64,000 nucleotides of DNA from Oopsacas minuta. Its lineage: Eukaryota; Animalia; Porifera. Where the stretch lies: the NCBI GenBank assembly GCA_024704765.1, contig JAKMXF010000055.1:62001-126000 (forward strand), read 5' to 3'. A model generated the notes under the pieces. That model saw nothing but the letters and a program-made list of their open reading frames with translations, was not told the DNA's origin and made no database searches. This document shows positions 12,030 through 25,513 of the stretch, one piece after another; positions within the stretch are counted from its first letter, which is position 1; the number at the start of each line of letters is the position of its first letter. The position numbers were made by a program, and so were the translations under genes.

Positions 12030-13398
12030 AAGAGCCTAACATGTAATCTGTTTCCCTTGACTCACGTTGGTTACTCTCATGTGATCCAAAACACAATTAA
12101 ACCAATATTCCAAAAGAGTATAATTAATAGTATGGAATTACCTGAGCCAGATCCAAGATTAGATCGAGCGCTCGGACACAGCTAAGTAAAAGATAAAACA
12201 GATGTAAACACAAAACAAAGATTGTTAATATTTGAAAAAAGATAAATGGTAAAGGGAATAATATGAAATAAAAAATATCCGACAACTAACCTCTCTACAT
12301 CTCCCTGTGCCTGTGGAAAATACAAATATTTAATCATTGCAAATAAAATATGATAAAATTCACAGTTAAATATTAATTAATATGAAATTATACAATAGAT
12401 TATACGACGGTTATATTACTACAACGTGACATACGTTATGTGTATAATAACGTGGCTTACAAGTTGAAGAATTCGTATAATTGCAGATAATGAAAATAAG
12501 TCAAATTATTATTCTATCTGTTGTAAGGAAAATTGGCCCGTGTTGAGGCAAATGTCTGTCTACATTTTCCATATGCGATCTGAAACACGAATTGATAAAC
12601 CATATTCAGTTAGGGGTTACTCACCATTTTATCAGGAATAATTTCCTACTAGTCAGAAAAGTTATGCACTTTCTAGCCAGTTTCAAGCAAATTCGAAATA
12701 GCACCGTACACGTCCAACGCATAACTTGAAACCCATAATAGATAAGCACCGACATTTTGAAAACACGATTAAAAGATAAACAAATAACAATTCTATTAAA
12801 AGATTATAACTAACATTAGCTTATACTATTAGTGTATTAGTAATTGTATTTGTGTTTGACAGATAATAATACAATAACTACACGCAAGTTCATTAGTAAA
12901 GGAAATAGGTTAATAGAAGTGTTACTATATTGAAAATATATCCAATATTGTATATTTGTTCATTCCTGAAGAAATACTATTAACTTCTAATCCGCAGAAG
13001 ATAGATTGAATTACTTATTAGTATTTGTTGGGTTTGTTACCATATGTCTGATAATAATCTCATTAGTATGCTCTACTAGTGTAATAATTCGATCGTAATT
13101 AACCATTTTTGGAACGGTGCTAAGAATTATTGATAATCCCAAATCGGTTACAATTGCTTTCAAAGCGTATTTCCCAAAAATATGTCAAAAAGTATTTGGG
13201 GAATTATAAATCAGTTAGCATGAGTATCCCTCCTGAATGCTTAGCACATATATTTGCTATACAAATTAAGTTCGTTTGTCTCATCATTATGGGTCAATCA
13301 TTCCATTGAATTTTGATGTATTCAAGCAAATGCTGAGCTCAGTATTGTTGTAAATACAATTATAATAGCCACAAGGTTTACCTTAATACTTCCTAATG

Positions 13399-15731
13399 CA
13401 GTGGTTCTCAAACTTTTTCTCATTGCGTACCCCTCAAGCTGGATCTTGTGTGTGATGTACCCCTTAAAATGGCCTGCACTGTAAATATTAGGTTTACAAT
13501 CCCTTTTACCCAGTTGTGAAAAATAAGAGTGTTTTTTTATTCTAGCAATATAAATAAAGTAGATAATTAATTAGTGGGAAGGATGTGCTTGCATGTTGTG
13601 TATCAGGCTATCAATTCGTGGCACAGTTTTTGAAAGGGCCAGACGGAGATCAGCTTCCACAGACAACCGCGCTCGAAATTTGTTTTTAATTAGTAATAAC
13701 GCTGAAAATCCTTGTTCACAAAGGTAAGTACTTGGAAACATCAACAAGATTTTTACTGCTCTATCTGCCACGTTGGGATATATCAAGCTCATTTCGCACC
13801 AGAACTTTGTGAGTGCGAGTGTTTCAAATTGATCTCGGGCAATAGAATCATTGACTAATTCAACAAATTCCTCTTGGACTCTGTCTGGTATAGAACTTAC
13901 ATCGCATCTAAATGGATTTCGAATCATTTTCATGTCCAGGTCGCTCAAGTCTGGGAAGTAAGTTTGAAATTCATTTCGCATTGCTGAGAGGTGAGCCTTT
14001 ACTAGAGCACCTATACTTTGATCTGTAGTACCCTCTTCTCCAAGAGTTGCTGAGAGGCTTTCAAAAAAATCGAACTTTCCCACGGTTAACTTTGCTTCCC
14101 AGAGTTCTAACTTCATAATAAATGCCCGAATCTTGTCCACACAATCAATCACGGTAGTAAACCGTCCTTGGAGGGACTTGTTGAGCAAGTTGATCCGCGA
14201 GAAGAAGATATCATTTAAGTAGGCGAGTTTTTTCAGCCATTCTTTGTCTGAGAGTTTGTCGAAGAATACTTTTGACTTCTCTTTCCCATCTCGTTCAAAG
14301 AATTCAAGCAATTCGTTTTTCAGTGAATATACTCGAGAGAGCATGTTCCCTCGTGAGAGCCAACGAACTTCAGTACAGAACAGCAAATTCTGATGTTCAA
14401 TATCTAATTCTTGGCACAATAGGCGGAACACACGTGTATTAGGAGCACTGGACTTGATAAAATTGACCATGGTGACAACATCATCAAGAACAAGTTTAGA
14501 TCGGATGGAAGTGTTTTAGACGCAAGAGCGTATCGGTGTATCATACAGTGATTGTGTTTCGAAACGGGATTCACTGTCTTTACCCGAGCTCGAAATCCCG
14601 AATTAATTCCAAGCATAGCAGGAGCACCATCTGTTGTGCAAGCAGAAACATTCTTCCAGGATAGTCCCATTCTATCAAAGTAATCAGAGACCTGCTGGAA
14701 GACATCTTCTCCTTTTGTAGTTGTTTCCAAACAATGGCAAAATAGGAACTCTTCCTTGAAGTCCCCGTCTTTGATGTACCGTGCAAATATCAGTAGTTGT
14801 GCACAACTAGAAACATCCGTTGACTCATCAAGTTGAATTGAAAATGTGTTCAACGGGGCTCCCAAAATCTCAGCAACTACCTGCTGCTCAACGTCATCTG
14901 ACATATCTGTAATTCGGCGCTTGATTGTGTCGTTCGAGAGAGGCGAGTTTCTTTTCGGCGCTATCTCCCGAAATGCAGTGCACGATGTCCTTACAACAGG
15001 GGAGTATAAGATTTTCTGCAATCGTATGTGGTTTCTTTTCTTGAGCGAATCGCAAAGCCACCATGTACGAGGCACGAAGACCTGCTTGAGTCTGTTGACT
15101 TTCTTGTCCTCTGTGATCTATACTGATTCGCTTTACTCCTACCTCTTGGTGCTTGAAGAAATCTATATCCTTATCTGCAAGATTTGGGTGGCACCCGCTT
15201 AAATGGCGTTTTAGAAAACTTGGTTTCATCGAGCCCTCAGATAGCACCTTATGACATATTACACATTGTGGTAGTTCCCGTCCCTCTTTAAGTATGGATG
15301 TAAATCCATATTTGATATAGTCTTCATTATACTTCCGTTTCTTAGCAGATTCCATATGAATTTGGTGATAAAGTCAAGGTCTCAAAGAAATACTCTTCTA
15401 ATTACCATTTTATAAGAACAATACGATACATGAGTGGGTGTGATATTCAAATCAATATGAGTTGACACATATGTACGGACAATGGAATCCTTAATTAGCA
15501 TAACTTCAAACAATAAATATTCAAGGGTGATAATAATTAGTGATGAAACCATTGTAACTGATACATATTAATTATTTGGCATGAAATAACTATCTATGTG
15601 CTGAGTCTGTTGACATGATAGTGTGTAACTCGAAATATTTGTATATGATTAGTACAGAATTGATATGATTAGGTGAAACACCGACGCACCCCTAGGAAAA
15701 GTGCTGGCGTACCCCAGTTTGAGAACCACTG
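13399..15731 (-). mobile_element. Full-length hAT (Buster-type) DNA transposon
   Basis: 16-bp TIRs CAGTGGTTCTCAAACT (13399-13414 / 15716-15731); 8-bp TSD TCCTAATG (nnnTAnnn) on both sides. Confidence 0.96.
13571..15355 (-). pseudogene. Buster/ZBED-type transposase with two frameshifts
   Basis: BED finger CVIC...RHL..CH; QLDESTD, TDGAPAM, CMIHRYAL, EVRWLS and STYLCEQGFS across ORFs 14894-15355, 14404-15075, 13571-14470. Confidence 0.93.
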
Positions 15732-16292
15732 TCCTAATGATATAGGGAAGTATAATGTGATTCTAGGGATATAAGTATATAATTATAAATCAGTTAGCAT
15801 GAGTATCCCTCCTGAATGCTTAGCACATATATTTGCTATACAAATTAAGATCGTTTGTCTCATCATTATGGGTCAATCATTCCATTGAATTTTGATGTAT
15901 TAAAGCAAATGCTGAGCTCAGTGTTGTTGTAAATACAATTATAATAGCCACAAGGTTTACCTTAATACTTCCTAATGATATAGGGAAGTATAATGTGATT
16001 CTAGGGATATAAGTATATAATTATTCTAAAAAATAGATGTCAATTCGGGTCTTAGGGAGGAGTGAGGGGCGCTTTGGCACCTAACTTGGTACCAAGCCAG
16101 AGGAAACTCAAAACTTCATTGGCCTTATGCGTATATAACATTCCAATTTTGATGTCAGAAATTGTATATCGCTGTTACTGACATTCATTTGTCCTCCCTT
16201 AGGGTGTTATGTGTTAATAGGTAATAATTGTCACCGATAAAGTGATGATAATAATGTCCAAAAGTTATTTACAGGCATAAGCGGCAATATTC

Positions 16293-16400
16293 TCAGAAAT
16301 GTCTCACCTTTGGAACTGGGTCTCCATTCCGTCTCCCTTTCTTACAACAACACCAGAGTAAACCCGCGATGACAGATAGAGCAACTATAATAGCTATTCC
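16293..16400 (-). pseudogene. Single-pass transmembrane exon
   Basis: GIAIIVALSVIAGLLWCCCKKGRR = TM helix, Cys cluster and basic stop-transfer; GTGAGA donor follows. Confidence 0.45.
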
Positions 16401-17049
16401 GGTAGGTATTAATGAGTAGTAATAGAGATCTGGATATTCTAAAATGATAAACCAAATGAATAACGATACTTGTATTAGGTAACAGTGATATTCGCCTAAT
16501 AGCAAGTTCATACATTAGTAAGGGAAATGTCCACATACGACTTGCTAATAGGTGAAGTCCACAGTATATAAGTTCCCCCTTCTAAACGGGAGAACAGGAG
16601 AGTTCGCTATTAGCTACCATCCTCTACCTCCTGGAAACTTGCTAAATAATGGCGAACACTCCTGTAGATCAATACAACGAAGTACTCATTGAAATGTGGG
16701 CGAATGCACGTGCGTCAATTGCGGACTCACTTTTATAATCACAATCCTCCAGTATACTCCATCTGATAAAATCAAACTTGACAAAATCTCACTCATTTCG
16801 TAATACACAATTGACTAATTCTGTAATAGAATATTGAATTGTATACAAACTGAAATAACATACTATCCCCAATCAAAGATCACTTATATAACTATACAAG
16901 GCTAATGAGCTCTTTACTATTGAACATTTGGTCAATCATATATTATTAGCGATAATTAATGGAATTTTGGCCCAAAATACTAATTCCAATTAATTAATAT
17001 TAGTATAAACTCACCAAAAGCATTCATCTGTAAGTGTGTATAGTATTTG

Positions 17050-18385
17050 AGAAGGTGAATTACCCGTTAATAATATATTGGTCGGTTTGATATATCTCTA
17101 TGTACACAATTCTGTGAGTGTAGATACTTTATACCTTTATAAAACTGGATGACGTAATCGTCTACAATTGAGATATCATCGTCGGTTAGTTTGCTTATTT
17201 CTGTCGAGACTTCATTTCGTTCTCTAAGCCATTCTTGTAAATTTGTTTTACACAGTTCAAGCTGTACACATATCATAGGCTGCAATACAGGCTGGAGAGG
17301 AGGAGCAGGAATTAGTGGTTGGCGGTGTCAATCTTGTGCTACAATACGCGTTTCAGGTTGTTGACGGGTTGGTACGTGTTGCCGATCAAGTCAAATTTCT
17401 TTTCTAAAACCTGGCAATGCTTGGGGAAGAAGAATAACATCAGAATCAGAGCTAGAATCAAATTTTTGACGCTTTGCTAACTGTATTTCTCTCGACCCAT
17501 TTGAGTCATTAGAATACATTATGTTGCTATCGACGAAACGTAACAAATCTGTTCCAACAGAGTTTTCATCTTTTTGTCCAGAATTATATCGTTCTTCACC
17601 ATGATCCTTGATAGAATCGTCATAGTATTTATTAGAGAGTTCCTACTTAGGCATCTAGTTAGTCCTGTGTCGTTGGAATCATCTTCATGTCCCAGATTAG
17701 ACCTTTTAGATACTGAAGAGGCAGATCCGGTCTCACAAGCAGTGCTTTCGATTTCGCTAGTACCATTTCCAGCATCCTCTCTTTTATCAATTTCGTAATC
17801 TAACCAGACACAATAGTCTCTAATCACATTTTCATGACTCAACTTGGCTAACAACTGCACTTCTCTCACAAATTCGTGTGGATTCCCCCTCAATTTAATC
17901 TTTTTAATCGCATACTCACTATTATCCAGCTTATTTATAACTCTCACTACCACACCATGACCTCCTTTGCCCACAGAAATTTGTCTTCCATACTCTAATT
18001 CGAGTCTTGAAGTATGCCAAACGTTTCTGGTTTCACCAATTATATTAGATATGCTAAACTGACTCACATTATAAGGCTGTACTCCATACACTACAGCATC
18101 AGAATCCGGTATAGCTAGACTACCTCTATGCTCACCAGCTGACAGTTTAGCAGAAGCAATAGATAACTCTTTTCTGTACTCCCATCTGAGGGTAATAGGA
18201 GGTTCTGTATCCTTCATGTCAAAATATTCTAGATCTGTCTCCAGAGCAGGTTGCTGCTTCTGCCATACGAGTTTAACTTCAAACTTATCTCCCTTCGTGA
18301 TATCACGAGGCTGAGAGCGTGTATAAGGCACTTCATGATGTCGTTGTATCAACTCTACTTCAGGTTGATGAGCTATATAAGTCAT
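17050..18385 (-). pseudogene. eIF2-alpha kinase-like (HRI/PERK/PKR type) N-lobe to catalytic loop, frameshifted
   Basis: GKGGHG, YAIKKI, REVQLLAKLSHENV, long insert, VQLELC..NLQEWL..RN, YLH...VHRD; removing 2 nt (AT) gives HRDIKPTNILL. Confidence 0.8.
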
Positions 18386-18425
18386 ATATATTAGACGTAA
18401 TTGTACTTATCATACAAGTACTAGT

Positions 18426-18937
18426 TTAATCATAAGCATAACTCACATTCTCGGAAGTTCGTACGCGTGGAACCAGTTTAGGCTGAATCAATGGGTTTGT
18501 AGGAGAAATAGCATCGGCGGTATAAGAGGGAGATCTTATTTCAATATCTCTGAACCTGGAATCACTAGCATGTCTCGTAATAGGGGTATGAGTTTGTTTA
18601 AATGGAAGCTGTCCTGGCTCACTAGGAGGGGGAGAGGGAGAGGCACGAGGAGCGTACTGCATCTGAGAGGATTGAGAGTACACGAAACGAGTTGTGTCAT
18701 GGGGTAGGGAGCTGATACTGTATATTGGGCTACTTTTGGATGGAATAAACCCGATTGTATGTTACTGGTTTCAAAGAGTTGATTTGTAGGCCCCTCCTGT
18801 ACATAGGGTGCTATTTGATGGTTGCTAGATGAAACTAGATCTCTTCCAGCAGGGGTAGGCTTTTGATTGGGAGGAAAGGGTATCCGTCTAAACATTTCTC
18901 CTTCTAGGGCCTGTGAATAATCTATAACAATAAACAA
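18426..18937 (-). pseudogene. Pro/Ser-rich exon fragment(s)
   Basis: Overlapping ORFs in two frames with PxxP-rich composition; no domain recognised. Confidence 0.3.
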
Positions 18938-19582
18938 GGAGGAAAGGAATGTATAATCTCAATATTTGATGATAATAATAAGAAATATTTGTTATATCAG
19001 TCAAGAAATATAGATTTAGTGGACATATTGACGGATTCAGAGTATTCCACATCTTTAACCATTATCCTTAATCAATTATTGAATTAATATTAGAAAATTC
19101 AAATATTCTTTCTAACAAGTATTTTAGTAATTTTTATGGCAAACAAACAAAAAATTGCTAATTAGAATATTAATAAAAATATATTATATTCATGCCATAA
19201 CAACGAGTCATACCTTCAGGAATGTAGGGTCGTATTGCACCATCGATTCTTGTTCACCCAACAGGAGCACTAAAGTCGTTTTTGGAGGATATGAAATGTT
19301 CCGAGTGAGTTGATGGGAGGAAATGTGTAGTCTAACTTTGCTCTCTTAACTGATCGCCTATATAATAGATAATTTGATTCAAACATGCTTCCCTCACCCT
19401 TATAGTAGTAGGTGTTATCATACGTAGTATATTGTCTACATGGCATCCAATCAAATCGACAACAATATATATATGTACATGTATAGAGCACAAACAGGAT
19501 CCAAAGAACTGTTCAGTGAATTGGGCCCATCGGCCACCATACATGTCTCATAAGATTATCTTTCGCTAATTCTGAATCAAAT

Positions 19583-19798
19583 TTATCCCATACATGTAGC
19601 ACTCATATCATACCTCTGTACTGATGTAACTTTCTCCTCCTTCTCAGAAGGAGATTGTCGGATCTGATCGAATTTCGCTTTCAAGTCAGCATGCTGACCC
19701 TCAATAACTCTCCTGATTTTCTCCTTGGCTAGAAGAACCTCTTGGTTATTCGAGCTCTCAGGCACATTTCCATCAGAATATGCCAGAGGTTGACTCAC
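19583..19798 (-). pseudogene. Short coiled-coil (TRIM/B-box C-terminal-like) fragment, paralog of 57954-58244
   Basis: EKIRRVIEGQHADLKAKFDQIRQS.SEKEEKV shared with the 57954 ORF; part of duplication 19590-21740 vs 58040-59015. Confidence 0.45.
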
Positions 19799-20371
19799 AT
19801 GTAAACGCTAATAGTTTCAGAAATCAGTATATTAATGTTATTCTCATTCTAAAACAAGAGTTATACAATGTCATCTATGATAAATAGGAATTAATAATCA
19901 AATAGATATTAAACAATTTGGAAATTCCTCCAAGACTATAATCAGTGAATGAATTGTTGATGGATTAGGAGTATAATGTCAGTTCATTAACATCATTACT
20001 TGCATAATTAAGCCACTGTTATACAAGTTTGTTGCGTCACGCTTAAGTGGACAATTGTGGCCGACACAATGAATATTCGAGTCAGAAAGTGTCAAAATTC
20101 TATGTATAAATGAATGATTAAGTCTTTTTCTACGCTATCGACAGCACCAATTGAGTTAATAGTGTCGTATTAACAAATTTTCAATATTCCTCTACTAGCC
20201 AAATTACGTGTGTTAAATAAATCATATTGACTACCTCTAGTTGTAAGAGCATTCAATTCTTGCAGTCTAGCATTATAACTTATAAAGAACATAATTATGG
20301 GAATAAGTCTCTAGTGATAAATACTAACTAGCAAGTTAACTCTATAACTAAAGGGGAAATACTAATAGTCA

Positions 20372-20850
20372 TCAGCTAGCTAGGACTGAGGTCCTGTTAT
20401 CCAACTCAATTGGTTGTACTCTCATCTCTTCAATCTGTTCAGCTATTTGCTCGAGTTTATTCTGTATAAACTCTTGACATCCTCCATCACATAAGTTACA
20501 CAACTCATCGCCTGATAGTTGTAAACTCGCATCAAACTCCTCCCACTGTTCAATTCCTTGTTCATAGTATTCAATAACTGTTTCCTGTAGATCTGTGAAA
20601 TCGTCAAATTCGTTTTCAATGATGGCTAGAAGTTGGATAGCAATTTCTGTGGTTATAATATCACGCCAGCAGGAAATAGGCAAAGGTTATTGTATACATC
20701 CACTTACATCCGAAAGTGGATGTATACAATAACCTTTGAGGAAGAGGATGGCAGTTTAGATGGGTATGAGGACGCTGGTATTATAACCACAGAAATGGCA
20801 ATTCAACTTCTAGCAATCATTGAAAATGATTTTGAAGATTTCACAGATCT
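20372..20850. repeat. Fold-back: acidic exon fragment and its inverted copy around a perfect 25-bp hairpin
   Basis: Perfect arms 20681-20705 / 20714-20738 with 8-nt loop; diverged outer arms ~20585-20670 / 20772-20850 both encode IITTE.AIQLLAIIEN.F.DFTDL. Confidence 0.9.
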
Positions 20851-20981
20851 ACATTCACTCATAATCTCGTATTCTTGATATTTATTGCATTCGTATTGTG
20901 AGAGAAATTCCCTTGCCCTGTTAAGTTCGAATTGAAACTTGTCACATATAAATAGGAATTCGAGTTGATCAACATAATCCG

Positions 20982-23356
20982 ACATTGTATGAGCGATGCT
21001 AAGCCTCTACTGCGTTAGTAGTCCTGGGAATTCCCCCTGAGGAATTTCCTTTCTCTTAAGGCCAATCTTTATTTCCAAGCAGTTACCCAATTGCTTATCT
21101 GGCATGTAGGTGCTCATTAGTTCTCTTCACTATTGTCAACCCCCTTAGTCTGTAATCTTGCTTTACACTGAAAATTTGGAAGGTACCTGTAGTCCACATC
21201 CGATAAACTATACTATTATTTGTATAATTAGCAATGACCACACCTAGGGGACCCCCTCCCGATTACAATTCGGCATTGTCCATGCCCACCAGTGATGTAT
21301 ATTATAGGGCTCTGCAGAGAGAAAACTGGGAGTTACGACTCAATCTCCAATGGATGACCAGTAAGTCTAAGCATTATTTTGATGGATTCTATTTTCACAT
21401 TTTGCACTAATATTTAGGACAGAGGAATATATGGCAATCTAGGGCGGAGAGAGCTGAAGCGGCCCAGTCCCATAACTGCCTGAAGGGCGTCACAACCATC
21501 CCCCATATCCTTGAATGTTTGGTGCAACTCTTTGAATTGTTCCTTCTCCAACTTCTTAAATTCACTGAGTGGAGAAAGATGATTTACATAACTTTGTATC
21601 CTCATAGGGGCTAATATATATTTCAATTTTGATCAGACTAATACCATAACTAATATGTCATATCCCGGCAGCCCAGCGTATCCCGGTAAAATAATACGTA
21701 GGAGTGGCTGTGACCAGCTGTTCTATGGTAACGCAAATACCTCCCTACAGGAGCTGCACTAACAACACAAATATAAGAACAAAACTGAACTCAAGGTTCT
21801 TACTAGCTAGAATGCATAAAATAAAACCTGCAACTGTAAATATTTGAATAAGAAAATAGAAAAGAGACTGTGGTAACGAATTGCTGTGAGGCATTCGATG
21901 CGTGTGACTTCCCAATAGGAGTGATTCGTGGTGGTGAGTCTGTACTTTCAAAATCGGGGGAGAAGTTAAGAGGAGGAATGTTACCTCGGTTTTAAGAGAG
22001 GAGGAAGTATTTGATTATCTAGGCATGAATTGTCTGTTTTGAACCGTATCATTGTTGGATTGTATTGAAATCAAGCGTTGTTCGCTCAAATAGTATTAGC
22101 ACAATGCATCAGCAATCTGGAAAAAATACGAATAACAATGAAATTCAGATAAAATTATATTTGTATTATAGATTAGATAAAATGGGGTTTATTGGAGTAA
22201 AAAATGGGGTTTCAATTTTCTGGAAATGACCCCTATGATAATGTAGGACCTTAAGGGTTTGAGACTCTGTTATTGCATAACTAATAAATTCGGAAACTTT
22301 CATAAGATGTGTTGAAGATTTAGAAATTAAACCTCTAACAAAATGGATAAAAGGATGAAAGGAAATTTGAATTAAAAGAATGTATGAAATTGAAAATGAA
22401 AATTAGAAGCAAGTTCTGGTTCCAGAGGGGTACATATAGAGGCTTATCTATATGGAGATGAACTAATATATGTATAATTTGTAAACACCTAAAAATATGT
22501 GTTATTCATGTATCAAACAAATATTTGAAAATGTTCCAGAATTCACTTATGTGACGTCATTAACGTCTTATCACTTTTCAAAAATGTGTTTTCTCAGATG
22601 TTATTACAAATTTTAGTATTTGCTAATAAGAGTCTCTACATCACTATGTTAGTTCAAATACAATATTCACTAGTCATACAAATCTCAGGTTTCATAGAGG
22701 ATATTCATAAATGTGTATATATAAACGGAACTCACGATATTTCCTTCGTTTGGTCTCTGCCCTGTCGCCTCCCCCCATGCCTCCGTAGCGAATTATTTCG
22801 CTATGGCCCAGCCCACAACTACCATAAAGACGCCCAAAGAAATAATGACGCCCTTCAGGCAGTTATGGGACTGGGCCCCTTCAGCCTTCACAGCCCGCCC
22901 TTGCCATATATCCCTCTGTCCTAAAAATTAGTGCAAAATGTGAAAATAGAATCCATCAAAATAATGCTTAGACTTACTGGTCATCCATTGGAGATTGAGT
23001 CGTAACTCCGAATTTTCTCTCTGCAGAGCCCTATAATATACATCAGTGGTAGGCATAGATAATGCCGGATTGTAATCTGGAGGGGGACCCCTAGGTGTGG
23101 TCATTGCTAATTATACAAATAATAGTATAGTTTATCGGATGTGGACTACAGGTACCTTCCAAATTTTAAGTGTAAAGCAAGATTACAGACTAAGGGGGTT
23201 GACAATAGTGAAGAGAACTAATGAGCACCTACATGCCAGATAAGCAATTGGGTAACTGCTTGGAAATAAAGATTGGCCTTAAGAGAAAGGAAATTCCTCA
23301 GGGGGAATTCCCAGGACTACTAACGCAGTAGAGGCTTGGCATCGCTCATACAATGT
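20982..23356. repeat. 511-bp inverted repeat arms (20982-21492 / 22846-23356) around a ~1.35-kb spacer
   Basis: Arms are near-perfect reverse complements; ORFs 21414- and 22586+ both end DALQAVMGLG.FS...P.LPYIPLS. Confidence 0.92.
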
Positions 23357-23560
23357 TACCATCCCAACATTTGGCGTTTCATCATTGCATTGAAGCGAGA
23401 ACAAAAACTTGTATAAGTAAAACACAGACTAACTTTATTGCTGGAGAAAAGCCTCCAAAACAACAAAAGGATAAAACTAATGAAGAAGACTTAATAGTCG
23501 GATATCCGGATACTTTCATACATTAGCCATGGAATATATACGTAGAGTGGCACATAGAAT
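23315..23560 (+). mobile_element. MULE (Mutator-like) transposase C-terminal remnant
   Basis: PRTTNAVEAWHRSYN then HPNIWRFIIALKREQ after a frameshift; typical MULE RTNNxxExWH / HPxIW..I..L..EQ motifs. Confidence 0.7.
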
Positions 23561-24436
23561 TGGCCTAAACGAGACATAAAACTAGTGCACACTCTCCTTA
23601 TCATTACTTATCATTTTGTTTCAATATTTCCCATTCATTAATCTAGCATTAACAGTAAATATTTACCACTTTCTACTATACATCTTAATAACATAACCAA
23701 ATGTCTACGTACCGAACAGTCCGTATCCCAATAAAGATCTTTTTCATGCTCCAATAAATAAGCATTAAAATCACCAGCAAAATCACATGTCAACTAATTA
23801 CAGCCAGACTCCTCCGTCTATTTCCTGCTCAAGGGAATTCTGGAGGGGAATTCATCCAATTGGTCTCCTCATTACAATCCTACACCTGGTGTTCCTACTC
23901 TCTTTCCTTCATCCACACTTGTCACATTCAAGAAATTAAATAATTTTGTGCTAATTATTGGGGAAAACAATACGATCGATCGTTAAATAGAAATTAGACA
24001 AGAAATCACTAAGAAATAGGAATTAATAAAATTATGTAATTTGTAATTATTATTATTAATGACAATTTCCGAACTTATGGGTGTATACAAAATTCCAATT
24101 CTTATACATTGTGAATAGACAAAGGATTTGGAAAATTGATATTATCCACATTGGCTATGTACTGGATAGGCTCCTCCAATTATATCAAATTTTCTTCACC
24201 TCTTTTATGAGTATATTTATACACATATGATGAAAAGTGTAACTTGTACGTCTTTGCCGTTAGTTTCATAATAAATATAGTTGCACGATTTGGGAGCATA
24301 TTGAATTGACTGGTTTGTGTAATTGAAGAGCAACAAAGGAAATATCGAAAAATAATTCAAATAATAGATTGATTGAGGTATGCGAATTAAAATACATACA
24401 AAGATTGAATACTTCATAATAGTAAAAATACACTAA

Positions 24437-24829
24437 TTATACGGAAATAAGGAAGGCCTCTTTTCTCTCCTTCACCTGCTGCTGTCTCTCTGACATCTGT
24501 GCACAAGGTAGGAAACAAGCAGGTGGAGGTGGTGCGATAGCAGAGAAGTCGATCACATCAGGATTCTGATAATTATTGATCACACGATTCAGAGAACTCA
24601 GACCACATTGTATCAGATAATCAGTATTGAGTGATCGAACTGCACGAAGAAACTTCAGCATGTGGTAGAGACGTGTTTCATTCTCTGATATCAGAGAGGC
24701 TACCTCTGAGTATATCTCTTCCCTCACTTGATCGAATGAAGGAGACTCAAGACCTGGGGAAAACCTCTTCAGTGAATTGGCACTAGTAACAGGAGCAGAT
24801 TTCCTTCCAGGAGCAGCAGGTAGCAACAA
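24437..24829 (-). pseudogene. PCM1: Second PCM1-like fragment
   Basis: QVREEIYSEVASLISENETRLYHML..LRAVRSLNTDYL; paralog of ~6150-6420. Confidence 0.7.
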
Positions 24830-25288
24830 GGGTACAATTGCAGAATCTTACACCCCCCCCAACTTTTTTAATGTGGTCAAAAATCCCTATATGCACCGTT
24901 CAAGAACTCGTTGAGAGAAGTTGATAGAGCTAAAGAAATCCAAAATCGGATTAAAATTGACAAAGTTACGAAAAATTTACTCCCTAAGCCAAATCCTATG
25001 GGGAAAATTGTATTACTCACTATAGTCAAATTGTATTGATTTATACATTCCACTACCATAGGAATGCTCATAATGTTGATATTGCGGTTATACACGCGTG
25101 TTACTCTACTCTTTCATGTTCATTTGTTTGCTATTCAGTGTATTTCACTGCAGGTAATTCTGGTTACTTTGAAGGAAAGCTGGTTATTACATAATTCTGT
25201 CTGCAACACTAAATATACAATGCAACATTTCATTTCATATTATGCATGCAACTAAATTGCATCCTGTATGTGAAGTCGTTCAAACGTA

Positions 25289-25513
25289 CCATACTTGCCA
25301 ACTGTTCCGTTGGTTGGCGGGACACCACGATTACTCGCCCCGAATATGTGTTGACTGCCAATGAGGCTAATGTCCAGCCAAAACTTGACAAAACCCTAAT
25401 TGTCCCTCTATTTTGTAGTCCAGTCTAATACAAATATGCTGCATCCGACGATGTCCCGCTCAATTAGCCCCTTCTGTCCCGCATTTTATCTTCACTCATG
25501 TTGGCAAGTATGG
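25289..25513. mobile_element. 225-bp MITE
   Basis: Perfect 14-bp TIR CCATACTTGCCAAC / GTTGGCAAGTATGG; no TSD recognised. Confidence 0.7.

Larger units (their letters stand above)
13202..16018. repeat. 238-bp tandem duplication; copy 1 (13202-13398 + 15740-15780) interrupted by Buster element, copy 2 (15781-16018) empty
   Basis: Near-identical sequence; uninterrupted CCTTAATACTTCCTAATGATATAGGG at 15961-15986. Confidence 0.93.
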
